Below, piece after piece: positions 28,691-38,346 of a stretch of DNA of 57,364 nt. A program made the translations under genes and the position numbers. The notes below the pieces were generated by a model. It made no database searches, was not told the DNA's origin, and saw only the letters and a list, made by a program, of their open reading frames with translations. Within the stretch, counting starts at the first letter, position 1; every line of letters begins with the position of its first letter. The stretch is from assembly GCA_046583355.1 (NCBI GenBank), contig JAYGCM010000058.1, forward strand, positions 1-57,364. The letters run 5' to 3'. This stretch comes from Deltaproteobacteria bacterium. Lineage in GTDB: Bacteria > Desulfobacterota > Binatia > UBA12015.

Positions 28691-30160
28691 ATGCGTCATT
28701 CCAATGTTTGTTCCCGGTTGGCCCCGTGGTCTTTTTTCGGCCTGTTCTTCGCCTCCTTTCTGGCTGCCTGTAGTGGCAGCAGTGAGCCCGCGCGGGACCC
28801 TGGTGATGCCTGGGCCGTGCCGCCTGCGCCGCCGAGCGACGTGTATAGCGGCCCGCTCTTCGAGATGAGCTACGATTATCCCCGAAATCCGGTTTCGCCC
28901 GTTTCGCCACTGCCTTGGCAGGAGGCGATCGGTGGCGGCGAGATCGATGCGGGCAATGCCCACGCATACGTGAGTGGCCTCAAGGACCATGTTGCGGAAG
29001 ATATGCGGACGCTGCTCTTTGACAACGCCTCTTGGGACGCGGCCGAGGCGGGCTGGTATAATGCCCCCTGGCTCTCGGCACGACGTGAACCGATTCATGG
29101 CACTTACGTCGGCAACACGTTGCCGGCCGCGATGTTTCCCCAATCCGGCCTGACCAAAGAAATGAGCACGCACGTCGTGGTCTATTACGACGCGGTGGCC
29201 GCTGGGAGCCTGCAGACGATCTTCGGCGCTGATCCGACCGCCCCAGTGCCTGGATTGGAAGCCGGCGGGGGCCAGTTTCCCGAGAGTGGGATTATTGTCA
29301 AACCTGCCTTTACAACGGCCGGTGGAGCCGATTGGCCGCCGATCGACGGTGCCTTCCCGTGGCAAATCTGGGCGCAACCGGGCGGTGGCGGCGGCCAGGG
29401 CGATCCCCTGATGCAGACTATTTACCTCTTCCAACTCGATCTGATTGTGAAAGACAGCCTCGCGGCGCCGGATTCGGGCTGGGTCTTTGCCACGCTGGTT
29501 TATGACGCCTCGGTGCAGGGTGATTTCTGGGATCAGATGGTGCCGCTGGGTGCGATGTGGGGCAACGACCCTGACGTCGACTCGCCCCAGGGTTGTGACT
29601 ATTTGGTCGTGGGTGATTGTCCGGCCTTGTCCGAGAGCTGGATCAACCAGGACACCCCGCTCTACGCTCGCGAGACGCTGGGCTGGGGTGGCCGGCTCTC
29701 CGGCCCCAACGACGGAGCAGTAGACATCAACGCGGCTGTCCGGACCGAGGCGGGGATTGTTCCGGGCGGTGCTCGACAGGCCGTGTCTTCGTGCATGTCG
29801 TGCCACGGAGTTGCTGAGTATTCACAGAAATCGTTCCTTCTGCCGGTGGCGAGCGAATGTTCGACCGAGACGAATTCCTGCCGGCCGTCCACGGCCAGCT
29901 GTACGGGCGGTGCTTGCGTGGAGGATCCCGACGGCGACCGCCTGCTCTATTTCGAGACCGGTTCGGACGATTTCCTGCGCTGGTTCCAATCCCGCCCCGG
30001 TGACGAGGCCCAGGACGAAGGCGCGATTCCGCTGGACTACGGCATGAATATCGCGTTCGTCGCGCTTCCGGAGTGGACGAAGGCCCTCTCCCCCCAGGCG
30101 GCCGCCGCAGCCGAAGAACTCAATCCGACCCTGGAAAACCTGAGCATTCCTTTCGACTAA
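28691..30160 (+). CDS. Uncharacterised lipoprotein with a single CxxCH heme c motif
   Basis: FLAAC lipobox; SCMSCH; extra Cys pairs; WDQMVPLGAMWGNDP, GWGGRLSGP; start uncertain. Confidence 0.7.
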   Translation: MRHSNVCSRLAPWSFFGLFFASFLAACSGSSEPARDPGDAWAVPPAPPSDVYSGPLFEMSYDYPRNPVSPVSPLPWQEAIGGGEIDAGNAHAYVSGLKDHVAEDMRTLLFDNASWDAAEAGWYNAPWLSARREPIHGTYVGNTLPAAMFPQSGLTKEMSTHVVVYYDAVAAGSLQTIFGADPTAPVPGLEAGGGQFPESGIIVKPAFTTAGGADWPPIDGAFPWQIWAQPGGGGGQGDPLMQTIYLFQLDLIVKDSLAAPDSGWVFATLVYDASVQGDFWDQMVPLGAMWGNDPDVDSPQGCDYLVVGDCPALSESWINQDTPLYARETLGWGGRLSGPNDGAVDINAAVRTEAGIVPGGARQAVSSCMSCHGVAEYSQKSFLLPVASECSTETNSCRPSTASCTGGACVEDPDGDRLLYFETGSDDFLRWFQSRPGDEAQDEGAIPLDYGMNIAFVALPEWTKALSPQAAAAAEELNPTLENLSIPFD

Positions 30161-30256
30161 TCCCCGCAGCGACACGTCCCCTTCCCCGAATGTGGGGTCT
30201 TGCCACGAGAGTGGAAGGAGAGGGCCGGATGGCATCTTCCCAGAGCTTCGCATCGT

Positions 30257-30265
30257 TGCTATGCT
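30257..30265 (+). promoter_or_regulatory. Possible extended -10 promoter of ssrA
   Basis: TGCTATGCT about 18 nt upstream of the mature tmRNA 5' end. Confidence 0.35.
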
Positions 30266-30282
30266 CCGGGGGTGTCGTCAAT

Positions 30283-30638
30283 GGGGGCGACCTGGATTCG
30301 ACGGGGGTTGAAGAAACCAATAGTAGCACGCCGAGGACACCGGTTGGCCTCGTAAATCAGCCCGGTACGCATTTAATTGCGGATAATTTTCCTTACGCTC
30401 TCGCGGCTTAGCTCGTGAGACGTCCGCTGTTCCCTCTCCCGCGGGGCTCAGATGGGCGCAAATCAGTGGGATCGGCGACGGGCCTTCCGTCGGTAGACTC
30501 GCCGCTTAACTTAATCCGACTGGCCTTGGAATGAGCCTGCTCACGGGCGCTTTCAAGGTAAGATCAAATCGTGGGCTAAGCGTGTAGAAACTTTTGGTGG
30601 ACCGCTCTCGGACGGGAGTTCGATTCTCCCCGCCTCCA
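30283..30638 (+). ncRNA. ssrA: tmRNA, tag peptide (A)ADNFPYALAA
   Basis: 5' GGGGGCGA..GGATTCGAC; T-arm GGGAGTTCGATTCTCCC; acceptor CGCCTCCA; TAATT followed by tag ORF 30379-30411. Confidence 0.95.
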
Positions 30639-30642
30639 CTCC

Positions 30643-30683
30643 TCGGGCCTCTCCGCACATTGCGTGCGGGGAGGCCCGATTTT
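30643..30683 (+). terminator. Terminator after ssrA
   Basis: TCGGGCCTCTCCGCAC-ATTGC-GTGCGGGGAGGCCCGA-TTTT. Confidence 0.8.
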
Positions 30684-30829
30684 CGTGGATCTGTACTGTC
30701 CGGCGCGAGAACTATGGGCAGGCCGCGTAGTGAATTTTCAGGTAGGCAGCCTCCGCGCCGCAGTCAACGGCGAATCGACTCGGCCATTTGCGTCCTGTAG
30801 GAAGAGGCTGGCAGGGGAGGGGCGAGGCG

Positions 30830-31387
30830 ATGGCGGAAGTGGAAACGGATCAGGTGCTTGAGCAGCTGAAACCCTGGCTGGGCAAGCCGCTGGGCAAGGG
30901 TGGGCCGAATGCGGCACCCGACCCGGTGAACCTGCCGATGATCCGGCATTGGGTCGCGGCCTTCGACGATCGCAACCCGCTCTATCTGGACGAGCAGGCC
31001 GCTGCGACGGGTCGTTTCGGTGAGCTGGTGGCACCGCCGGCGATGTTGCAGACCTGGACGATGCCGACGCCGATTCTTGAGGGGATCGCCGAGCGCGGTG
31101 GCGCACCGACGGAGATCGAGGGCGATAATCCCTTGGCGGTTCTTGACCGGGCCGGTTTTACCGCGACGCTGGCGACGAACTCCGAGCTGGAATTTGAGCG
31201 CTATTTGCGCGTCGGCGACGAGTTGATCTCGGAGTCGATTCTGGAGTCGGTCTCGGAGCGCAAGAAGACCGGGGTCGGTCCGGGCTATTTCGTCACCTGG
31301 ATCATCACCTACCGCGACGGTGGTGGTGAGGTTGTCGGCCGGCAGACCTTTCGCGTTCTGAAGTTCAATCCGGGTGGGGCAGCATGA
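30830..31387 (+). CDS. MaoC/hot-dog hydratase, ChsH2 N-terminal-domain-like
   Basis: PDPVNLPMIRHW..FDDRNPLY, VAPPAMLQTWTM, RYLRVGD, KKTGVGPGYFVT. Confidence 0.78.
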   Translation: MAEVETDQVLEQLKPWLGKPLGKGGPNAAPDPVNLPMIRHWVAAFDDRNPLYLDEQAAATGRFGELVAPPAMLQTWTMPTPILEGIAERGGAPTEIEGDNPLAVLDRAGFTATLATNSELEFERYLRVGDELISESILESVSERKKTGVGPGYFVTWIITYRDGGGEVVGRQTFRVLKFNPGGAA

Positions 31388-31815
31388 GCGCCACGCCGCC
31401 ATTGGCATTCGCTGACATCCGCGTTGGCGACGAGCTTACGCCGCTGGAGCTGAATCTGGACGCAACGAAGATCGTGGCCGGCGCTATCGCGTCGCGCGAC
31501 TTCATGCCCGTGCACCACGACCGCGACTACGCCCAATCGCAGGGCGCGCCCGATATCTTCATGAATATACTCAGCACCAACGGCTATATCGCCCGCTTCC
31601 TGACGGATTGGGCCGGTCCGCAGGCGATGGTGAAAAATATCCGCATTCGCCTCGGCGCGCCCGCCATTCCCGGTCAACTCCTGCGCTTCACGGGCAAGGT
31701 TTTTGCCGTGCGCCGGGATCAGGGCGAGGGCGTGGTCGAGGTGAGCCTCGCGGCGACTGCTGAAGCAGGCGACCACGCAAGCGGCACCGCGCAACTCACA
31801 TTCCCGCTGGATTGA
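31384..31815 (+). CDS. MaoC hydratase, ChsH1-like
   Basis: IVAGAIASRDFMPVHHD, GAPDIFMNILSTNG, TDWAGP, IRLGAP; ATGA overlap with the upstream gene. Confidence 0.8.
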   Translation: MSATPPLAFADIRVGDELTPLELNLDATKIVAGAIASRDFMPVHHDRDYAQSQGAPDIFMNILSTNGYIARFLTDWAGPQAMVKNIRIRLGAPAIPGQLLRFTGKVFAVRRDQGEGVVEVSLAATAEAGDHASGTAQLTFPLD

Positions 31816-31930
31816 AGCCGAGAGTCTGCGCCGCCGCAGGCTTCTTCCTGCGCCGCAGCGACCTCAAATGGGGGCAGGCGTGTCGCTTTACCTCTCGCCA
31901 AGACCCGCAGGTACAGCAATACTCACCCGC

Positions 31931-32806
31931 ATGTGGCTTCTCCCCCTTCGTCTTGGGCTCGGTCTTCTGGTCTTCGGCGTCGCCGCGTGCGCGGCCGTGC
32001 GTGCGCAGCATGTTGCGCATCCGGTGCCGGATTTTGGAGAGGTGGTTCGCGACCTTCCCTATGTGGCCCTTGACGATGGCAAGCGCGTGGCCGATGTCTA
32101 CCGTCCGCATTCCGATGTGCCTCTGCCCGCCATTGTGTTTGTGCATGGTGGCAGCTGGACCCGCGGGGATCGGCGCCGCATGGAACGGATCGCGCGCCGG
32201 GCGCAAGAGCGTGGCTATGTCGCTGTCAATATTGAATACCGGCTGGCGCCCGAGCACCGGCATCCGGCCCAGCTTGAAGATGTGCTCGATGCCGTCTGCT
32301 GGGTGCGCCGCAATGCTGCCGAGCTAGGCGTTGACCCCGAGCGCATCGGGCTCTGGGGCTATTCGGCCGGTGCGCATCTGAGCATGCTGGCAGCGACTCG
32401 GTCGGAGAGCGGCGCGGCGCAGCGGCGTTGCCCCGGCCTGGGGGCGGAGGTGCAGGCCTGTGTGGGTGGCAGCACGCCGACCGATTTGCGGAGTTTCGGT
32501 GATGTGCTCACTCTGCGGAACTTCCTCGGGGGCTCACCCGAGGAGATCGCCGAGGTCTATGAAGACGCTTCGCCGATCCTCGCCGTGGACGAAGAGTATC
32601 CGCCGACCTTCCTCTACCACGGCACGGCCGATTGGATCGTGGATATCGAGCATTCGCGGCGCTTTCGCGATGCCTTGGTCGCCCTGGGCGTACCGGTGGA
32701 ACTGGTCGAGACCGACCAGGGTCATTTCTCCGGCGCGCTCTTCGCCGACGAATCGATCGGACAGGCCTTCGATTTCCTGGACCGCTATCTGCGCGGCTCG
32801 AGTTGA
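31931..32806 (+). CDS. Exported alpha/beta hydrolase (HSL-family esterase/lipase)
   Basis: HGGSW, YRLAPE, GYSAG, HGTAD, GH; N-terminal hydrophobic segment. Confidence 0.87.
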   Translation: MWLLPLRLGLGLLVFGVAACAAVRAQHVAHPVPDFGEVVRDLPYVALDDGKRVADVYRPHSDVPLPAIVFVHGGSWTRGDRRRMERIARRAQERGYVAVNIEYRLAPEHRHPAQLEDVLDAVCWVRRNAAELGVDPERIGLWGYSAGAHLSMLAATRSESGAAQRRCPGLGAEVQACVGGSTPTDLRSFGDVLTLRNFLGGSPEEIAEVYEDASPILAVDEEYPPTFLYHGTADWIVDIEHSRRFRDALVALGVPVELVETDQGHFSGALFADESIGQAFDFLDRYLRGSS

Positions 32807-32833
32807 GGCCTAGAGCTTTCGGCCGTGCCTCCA

Positions 32834-32863
32834 GGTCCGGCCGGAAGCTCTTCCGGCCGGACC
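32834..32863. terminator. Strong hairpin between convergent genes
   Basis: GGTCCGGCCGGAA-GCTC-TTCCGGCCGGACC; no U-tract. Confidence 0.5.
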
Positions 32864-32878
32864 CCGAAACCTCTGGCC

Positions 32879-33751
32879 TCAGTTGAGACCCAGATTTTGC
32901 AGCACGATCGGGCACTCGCCGCGGGCGAGTTTTTCGGCCCGCTCCTTGAGCGTCGCTTCCATGGACTCGCGGTCGATCATGATGACGAAATCGCCCGCTT
33001 TGATGCCCGCAACAGCGAACGCTGCCAACTCGTCGAGATCCTGTACCGGGAGATCGAAGCCGGCCTTTTTTGCCCCGTCCATGAACTCCTCAAAGGTCGT
33101 TTCGCGGTGGCCTTCGAGCTTTTTGTCGCGCGCCAATTCGGTGGGGCGGTTGCGCATGGTCGTCCAGATGCCGGTCGCCAGCATGCCGCCGGAGGGGTAG
33201 AAAATCGAGGCGCGTAGCTTGGTCTCGCGTCCGACAAGAGCGGCATTGAGGCATTCCGTCATGATCGAGACGGCGGCCTTGCTCGAGGCGTAGACGACCT
33301 GCTGGGCCAGCGGCGAGATGCCGCCGTCGCCCGAGGAGGTGTTGAGCACCAGGCCTTCTTCTCCCGAGGCGATCATGCGTGGTACGAAGGCCTGCACTCC
33401 GTGTGCGACGCCATGGACGTTCACGCCGTGCACCCATTGAAAATCAGAGGGCTCGGTCTCCCAGAGGTCCATATTGGGCGCGGCGACGCCTGCATTGTTG
33501 CAAAGAAGATGGCAGGCACCATGAATCTCGAAGACCTGCGCGGCCAGCGCCTTCATCGACTCGGCATTCGAGACATCGGCCACCAATGCCGTCACATCGC
33601 CCAGCTCGGCTTTGGCTTTTGCCAGCGCGCCTTCTTCGACGTCGGCGATGACGACCGTCATGCCCTCGCCCAGGAAAGCCTTGGCCAATGCCTTGCCGAT
33701 GCCCGAGGCACCTCCGGTTACGACGGCGACGCGTCCTTCGAGTTGTTCCAT
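32879..33751 (-). CDS. Short-chain dehydrogenase/reductase
   Basis: TGGASGIG, NNAGV, YASSK. Confidence 0.9.
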   Translation of the reverse strand: MEQLEGRVAVVTGGASGIGKALAKAFLGEGMTVVIADVEEGALAKAKAELGDVTALVADVSNAESMKALAAQVFEIHGACHLLCNNAGVAAPNMDLWETEPSDFQWVHGVNVHGVAHGVQAFVPRMIASGEEGLVLNTSSGDGGISPLAQQVVYASSKAAVSIMTECLNAALVGRETKLRASIFYPSGGMLATGIWTTMRNRPTELARDKKLEGHRETTFEEFMDGAKKAGFDLPVQDLDELAAFAVAGIKAGDFVIMIDRESMEATLKERAEKLARGECPIVLQNLGLN

Positions 33752-33841
33752 TCCTCTTGTCCTTTCGTCTCGCTGCGGGTGGTTCCCCTCAGATACTCTT
33801 GGCATTCGAACATGCCGGAGGTGCCAGCGCCAAGTTCTGCC

Positions 33842-35062
33842 TCAGACTTCGAGTTCGATCTCGGCGTCGCCGAAGAGGAAGGTCCGCATCAGGGGCGTGT
33901 CGCGCGGCGAGATCGAGAGCCAGGGCAAGATGGCGGGGGCGAGGGTGAAGATCAGGCGCGAGAGCGGCCGGTCGCGAAAGATGATCGACACCGGGCGCTC
34001 CTGCAGCGCCTGTACATGCTCGACCTCGGGGCGACGTTCGGCCTCGATCGCGGTGGCGGCCGCGGCCAATGCTGCCGTGTCGGCGCCGGTACAGCGCGCC
34101 GCGGGCACGAGATGGTTGGCCGCAACCAAGGCGTCGCGAATCGCGATATTCAGTCCCTGGCCCCCGACCGGACTCATGGTATGTGCGGCGTCACCGATCA
34201 GCAGGAGGCCCGGCTCCGACCAGCTCGCGGCGTGATTGGCTTGCGTGCTGAGCAGGAAAGATTCGCTGGCCTCGTCGCGGTAGCGCCGCAGATGGGCGGC
34301 CAGGTCCCCGCCGGCATGACGGGCGGCTTCTTCCATCCATTCCGCGATGCCGCGCTTGCGCAGGTCGCCGTAGCTACCCTTCGCGATCACCCAGGCGACC
34401 TGCAAATGGTTGCCGTAGACCGGAACCGTAATGAGCAGGTGACCGTTGCCGACATAGACCCTGGCGGTCGGAGGCGAGTCGATGCCGGGCAGCATCGGCA
34501 GCTTGCACCAGATAATATCCATCGGCAGCTTGGCCGCGGGGACCTCGATGGTGGAGCGCTTGCGCACAACCGAGCTGCGTCCATCGGCGCCAACCACAAG
34601 ATCGCAACGCAACTCGTGTTCGCCGGCGCGGTCGGCCACGCGCACACCGACCACGCGCCCGTCTTCGCGCAAGAGGTCGCGTACCGTAGTGCCGCGCAAG
34701 AGTTTGAAGCCGGGGAATTTGGCGCATTGAGCGACCAGCATCTCCAGTAGATGCGCCTGCGAAACCCAGGTGGGGTGGTGTCGTCCGAAGGTCTCCTCGG
34801 AGACGGGCAGGGTCAGCCGCTTGCGGCCCCAGGTGTATATTTCGAATTGCTCCGGCAAGACGGCGGGCACCGCGCGGAACTCCTCGAGCAGGCCCATCTG
34901 GTCGAAGGCCTGGACGCCGCTGGGCATGAGAAATTCGCCACGGAACTCGCGGGCAAAATCAATTTGCCGTTCGACAAGCGTGGTTTCGATGCCATTGCGT
35001 GCGAGCAGCAGGGCCAGGCATGCCCCGGCCGGGCCCGCGCCGGTGATTACGATATGCGCCAT
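33842..35062 (-). CDS. FAD-dependent monooxygenase/oxidoreductase (UbiH/FAD_binding_3 family)
   Basis: GAGPAG, REFRGE, VGADGR.S, IGDAAH.MSPVGGQGLN. Confidence 0.88.
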   Translation of the reverse strand: MAHIVITGAGPAGACLALLLARNGIETTLVERQIDFAREFRGEFLMPSGVQAFDQMGLLEEFRAVPAVLPEQFEIYTWGRKRLTLPVSEETFGRHHPTWVSQAHLLEMLVAQCAKFPGFKLLRGTTVRDLLREDGRVVGVRVADRAGEHELRCDLVVGADGRSSVVRKRSTIEVPAAKLPMDIIWCKLPMLPGIDSPPTARVYVGNGHLLITVPVYGNHLQVAWVIAKGSYGDLRKRGIAEWMEEAARHAGGDLAAHLRRYRDEASESFLLSTQANHAASWSEPGLLLIGDAAHTMSPVGGQGLNIAIRDALVAANHLVPAARCTGADTAALAAAATAIEAERRPEVEHVQALQERPVSIIFRDRPLSRLIFTLAPAILPWLSISPRDTPLMRTFLFGDAEIELEV

Positions 35063-35103
35063 GCCTCCCTGATCGCATGGTCGATCACCGGAGGCGAATG
35101 CTT

Positions 35104-36033
35104 TTAGCTGAAATGCGGGACCACGCCCTTGCCGATGGCCTGGGCCTGCTCTTTCAGATCGGCCGCACCGATCGGAAAGAGAATGAATTTCGTGCAGCCC
35201 TTCTCGGCGAAGGCCGCGACGCGTTCCCGCACGGCCTCGGCGCTGCCAATTGCGTAGCGCTCGGCAAAATCTTTTTGTGCTACGGGGGCGCGGGCGAGGA
35301 ATTTTTCCATCAGGGCGCGCGCGCCCTTTGCGTCGTCGGTCACATGCGTCGGGATCAGCACGCCGGCCTCATCCTGGTCTACCTTGCGTCCGGTGCCGGT
35401 GGCGAAGCCCGTAAGCTTCTCGATGCCGGCGGCGAATTCCCCGGGTGTGATGAACGAGGGCATCCAGCCATCGCCGTAGCGCGCAACGCGTTTGAGGGCG
35501 AGATCGCTGTTGCCGCCAAGCCAGATATCCAACGAGCCGCCAACCGGCTGCGGGTCGATGGTGACGTCCTCGAATTGGTAGAAGCGGCCTTGATGCGTGA
35601 CCTTTTTCTCGGTGAAAAGTCTGCGCAGAATCTCAACGCCTTCGCGCATGCGGGCGCCGCGGGCCTCGGTCGGGATGCCGACGGAGGTGACCTCGCGGCG
35701 GTCGGCGCCGAGCCCGACCGCGAGAATGATCCGGCGGCGGCCCCCCGTGAGATGGTCGAGGGTGGCGTAGGTCTTGGCGACGTGAATCGGATGGCGCGAG
35801 GGCATGGTGAGTACGCTCGGCCCCATTTTGAGTTTCTTCGTACGAGCGGCCAGGAAGGCCATGACGAGATTCACGTCGAGGCTGGGCTGCCGCGAGACGA
35901 TATGGTCGGAGGGCCAAACGGAGTCGATGCCGAGGTCTTCCAGCAACTCGCCGTATTCCATGATCTCTTCGGCGGAATGTACAGCATTCCGGGCGACGGC
36001 GTAGCCGACGCCAATGCGAATCTTCTGCGGCAT
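35104..36033 (-). CDS. LLM-class flavin-dependent oxidoreductase
   Basis: DSVWPSDH, LAART, AK..ATLD.L.GGR, RGARMREG, IWLGGNS, RVARYGDGW. Confidence 0.87.
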   Translation of the reverse strand: MPQKIRIGVGYAVARNAVHSAEEIMEYGELLEDLGIDSVWPSDHIVSRQPSLDVNLVMAFLAARTKKLKMGPSVLTMPSRHPIHVAKTYATLDHLTGGRRRIILAVGLGADRREVTSVGIPTEARGARMREGVEILRRLFTEKKVTHQGRFYQFEDVTIDPQPVGGSLDIWLGGNSDLALKRVARYGDGWMPSFITPGEFAAGIEKLTGFATGTGRKVDQDEAGVLIPTHVTDDAKGARALMEKFLARAPVAQKDFAERYAIGSAEAVRERVAAFAEKGCTKFILFPIGAADLKEQAQAIGKGVVPHFS

Positions 36034-36082
36034 AGGCGTGGCTATACCCCGGCGCCTGTGGTCGGCACCAGCCGGCGGTCGC

Positions 36083-38248
36083 TCAGTTGCTGTATGGTGG
36101 GTCGAGGAAGATCGGCGAGGACCAGGCGCGTTCTTCGACCTCGGCCAGGCAATCGTCGTCGGCTGGCGTGCGCTCACCGGCGTAGCAGGGCTCTACGCGG
36201 ATACAGCGGCCGCGTTCGTCGCGCTCGCAACGCAGGCCGCCGCCATTCACGGCACGGGTTTTCTCTTGAATCGCGCGCACATAATAAGCCGTTGGCCGGC
36301 CCTCGCCGAGAAAGCTCTCGTCTTCGAACGAAACCCGGCAGCCCTCGCCGCCAGCCGGGCAGGGCAATACCTTCCACGGATCTTCGATACTCTCGCCGAC
36401 GCCTCCGGGCTCGGCATCCATGCGGATACGGACGACCTCGATGCGGGTGATCCGGCGGCGCTCGGTTCCCGGATGGAAGCATTCGTCGAGACAGAGTTGG
36501 TGCTGGCGCTCGGCGCCGAGGGTCTCGGTGGTCGCGGCGGGGCAGCCGGGAAGCTGCTCGAAGGCGCCGGCCGCAGCGACCCGGAAGCGCGGGGCCCGGC
36601 GCATTTCCTCGATGGCAGCGCCCATCGGCACCTCGCCTTCGGGGCCGTTCAAGAGGTCGAAGAAGAGCAGGATGCGATCGCCCGAAGTCGCGTAGGTCTC
36701 GCGTCGCTCGAGTGCGGCGAAGATTGCCTCGCGGTCGCGACCCCTCGCGTGTACCGCCGCGATGCCGCCGGTGACGAGAAAGGACGCGCCGCGCTCGGTA
36801 TAGCGCCGGTATTGTAGCGGCAGCCCATCGGGGGCGATCGCCACCGATTCCGGGGTACGCTCTTTGGCAGGCATGGCGAATGCGGCCATGGGGCCGCTGG
36901 GTGTACGGGCCTCGGAGAGGTCGCGGCGCGCATGCTCCTTGAAGCCGTTGCCGGCGTGCGCAGCGTGCGTATCGCTCGAACCGATGAAGCCGAAACGGAA
37001 GTCGCGCGCGTTTGCGTATTGCGCCGACATCTTCGGGCGCAGGTTGTAGGCGGGCAGAAAACAATCCGTGCATTGACCACAATCGAGCCAATCCTCGACG
37101 CTGGCACCCGGAACGGTATTATGGCCGGCCGTGCCGGCCTGGGTGTAGTTCACGCGCGCCTGGTGCACGCGCTCCTCGCAAAGTTGCGCCGGCAGGTCGC
37201 CACAGCGCGCGCGGATGAGCTCGCCGGCCTGCCAGCAGCAGGGCAGGTAATCGTCTTGTGGCTCGGGGCAGCGGGCGGTCTCATTGCCGGCGTCGGTCTC
37301 CTGCCAGTCACGGAACTCCTCGGAGCTGCCGTGGCCCGAGTAGATCTCGATTAGCTTCTGGCGCGGGTGGCGCTGGCCGCGCTGGTTTTCCCAACTTGTT
37401 CCCGGTGGCGTCATCAAACCCCAGGCCGTTCCGTGCGGGATCACCAGCGCCGGCACGTCCCAGGCATCGAGTTTGGCGAAGAGTTCGGCGGGGTCGTACG
37501 CGATCTCGTGGCAATCGTCGGGCAGTTCGCGGGTCGGGATACCGGCTGGGCAGAGCCGCGTTGCCTCGACCTCGGCCTGGTAGGTGAAGTAGTCGAAATA
37601 TTCCTGGCGTCGCGCGAAGCCCAGGATTGGCAGGGCGACCTTTGCGATGGCCGGCAAGGGCGGCACGCGGAAATCGGGCCGCGGTGCGGCGATCGGGCGG
37701 ACGGGAATATCCGCGTCGCCGGTTCCGCGCAGGATGACGTTCTTGTGCCCGAAATGCGTCGCCGGCGTGTTGCCGACCTGACTCCACTCCCAGCCGACAA
37801 AGGCGACCATATCCGGGTTGGTCGCAGCCCCGGCCACTTCGTTGCATTGACGAATCGAGTCGATGGTCTCGGCCCAATGCAGCGGCGTGAGGCCTTCGGC
37901 GTGGTCGTTGATGCTCCAGAAATCCAGCGCCGAGCAATGGCGCGCGTAATCACACGCATCTGCCGGGGGATGCGCGCCGCTGCCGCCCATAAGCGGCAGG
38001 CTCAGCAGGAAGGCGTCGGGGGAAAAGGTCGTATGGACATGTAGATCGCCAAAGAGGATCTGCTTGGCCGCGTCAGGGCGCAGGGCGAGGTTGCGCGCCT
38101 CGCGCGCCAGGATGTCGGTCGCCGGAATGCGCGCATTCTCCAGTACGCCGGGGCCCTGATGTTCGCCCGCGCAGCCCACCAATACGAAAACCAGGCCCAG
38201 CACCGCCAGGGCGGTTCGTAGAGGTTTTGTGGTCACGAGCTGGATCAT
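36083..38248 (-). CDS. DUF3604 family protein (paralog 2), probable lipoprotein
   Basis: LVGC; FGDLHVHT, SINDHA, GWEWS, GHKNV, IPH, SSDTH, YATSG, RAWSSPI. Confidence 0.82.
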   Translation of the reverse strand: MIQLVTTKPLRTALAVLGLVFVLVGCAGEHQGPGVLENARIPATDILAREARNLALRPDAAKQILFGDLHVHTTFSPDAFLLSLPLMGGSGAHPPADACDYARHCSALDFWSINDHAEGLTPLHWAETIDSIRQCNEVAGAATNPDMVAFVGWEWSQVGNTPATHFGHKNVILRGTGDADIPVRPIAAPRPDFRVPPLPAIAKVALPILGFARRQEYFDYFTYQAEVEATRLCPAGIPTRELPDDCHEIAYDPAELFAKLDAWDVPALVIPHGTAWGLMTPPGTSWENQRGQRHPRQKLIEIYSGHGSSEEFRDWQETDAGNETARCPEPQDDYLPCCWQAGELIRARCGDLPAQLCEERVHQARVNYTQAGTAGHNTVPGASVEDWLDCGQCTDCFLPAYNLRPKMSAQYANARDFRFGFIGSSDTHAAHAGNGFKEHARRDLSEARTPSGPMAAFAMPAKERTPESVAIAPDGLPLQYRRYTERGASFLVTGGIAAVHARGRDREAIFAALERRETYATSGDRILLFFDLLNGPEGEVPMGAAIEEMRRAPRFRVAAAGAFEQLPGCPAATTETLGAERQHQLCLDECFHPGTERRRITRIEVVRIRMDAEPGGVGESIEDPWKVLPCPAGGEGCRVSFEDESFLGEGRPTAYYVRAIQEKTRAVNGGGLRCERDERGRCIRVEPCYAGERTPADDDCLAEVEERAWSSPIFLDPPYSN

Positions 38249-38346
38249 GGCGTGCGAGTTCCATGGTGGCGCGAAGGGACGCGAGAATCCAGCCGCGGCG
38301 ACCGGGGGCTTGACCTGGTCGCTGCCGAAGATCAGAGAGTGAAGGC

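Noticed and set aside
30073..30411. 112-aa ORF ending ADNFPYALAA
   Set aside because: Chance read-through into the tmRNA tag frame; not a protein gene
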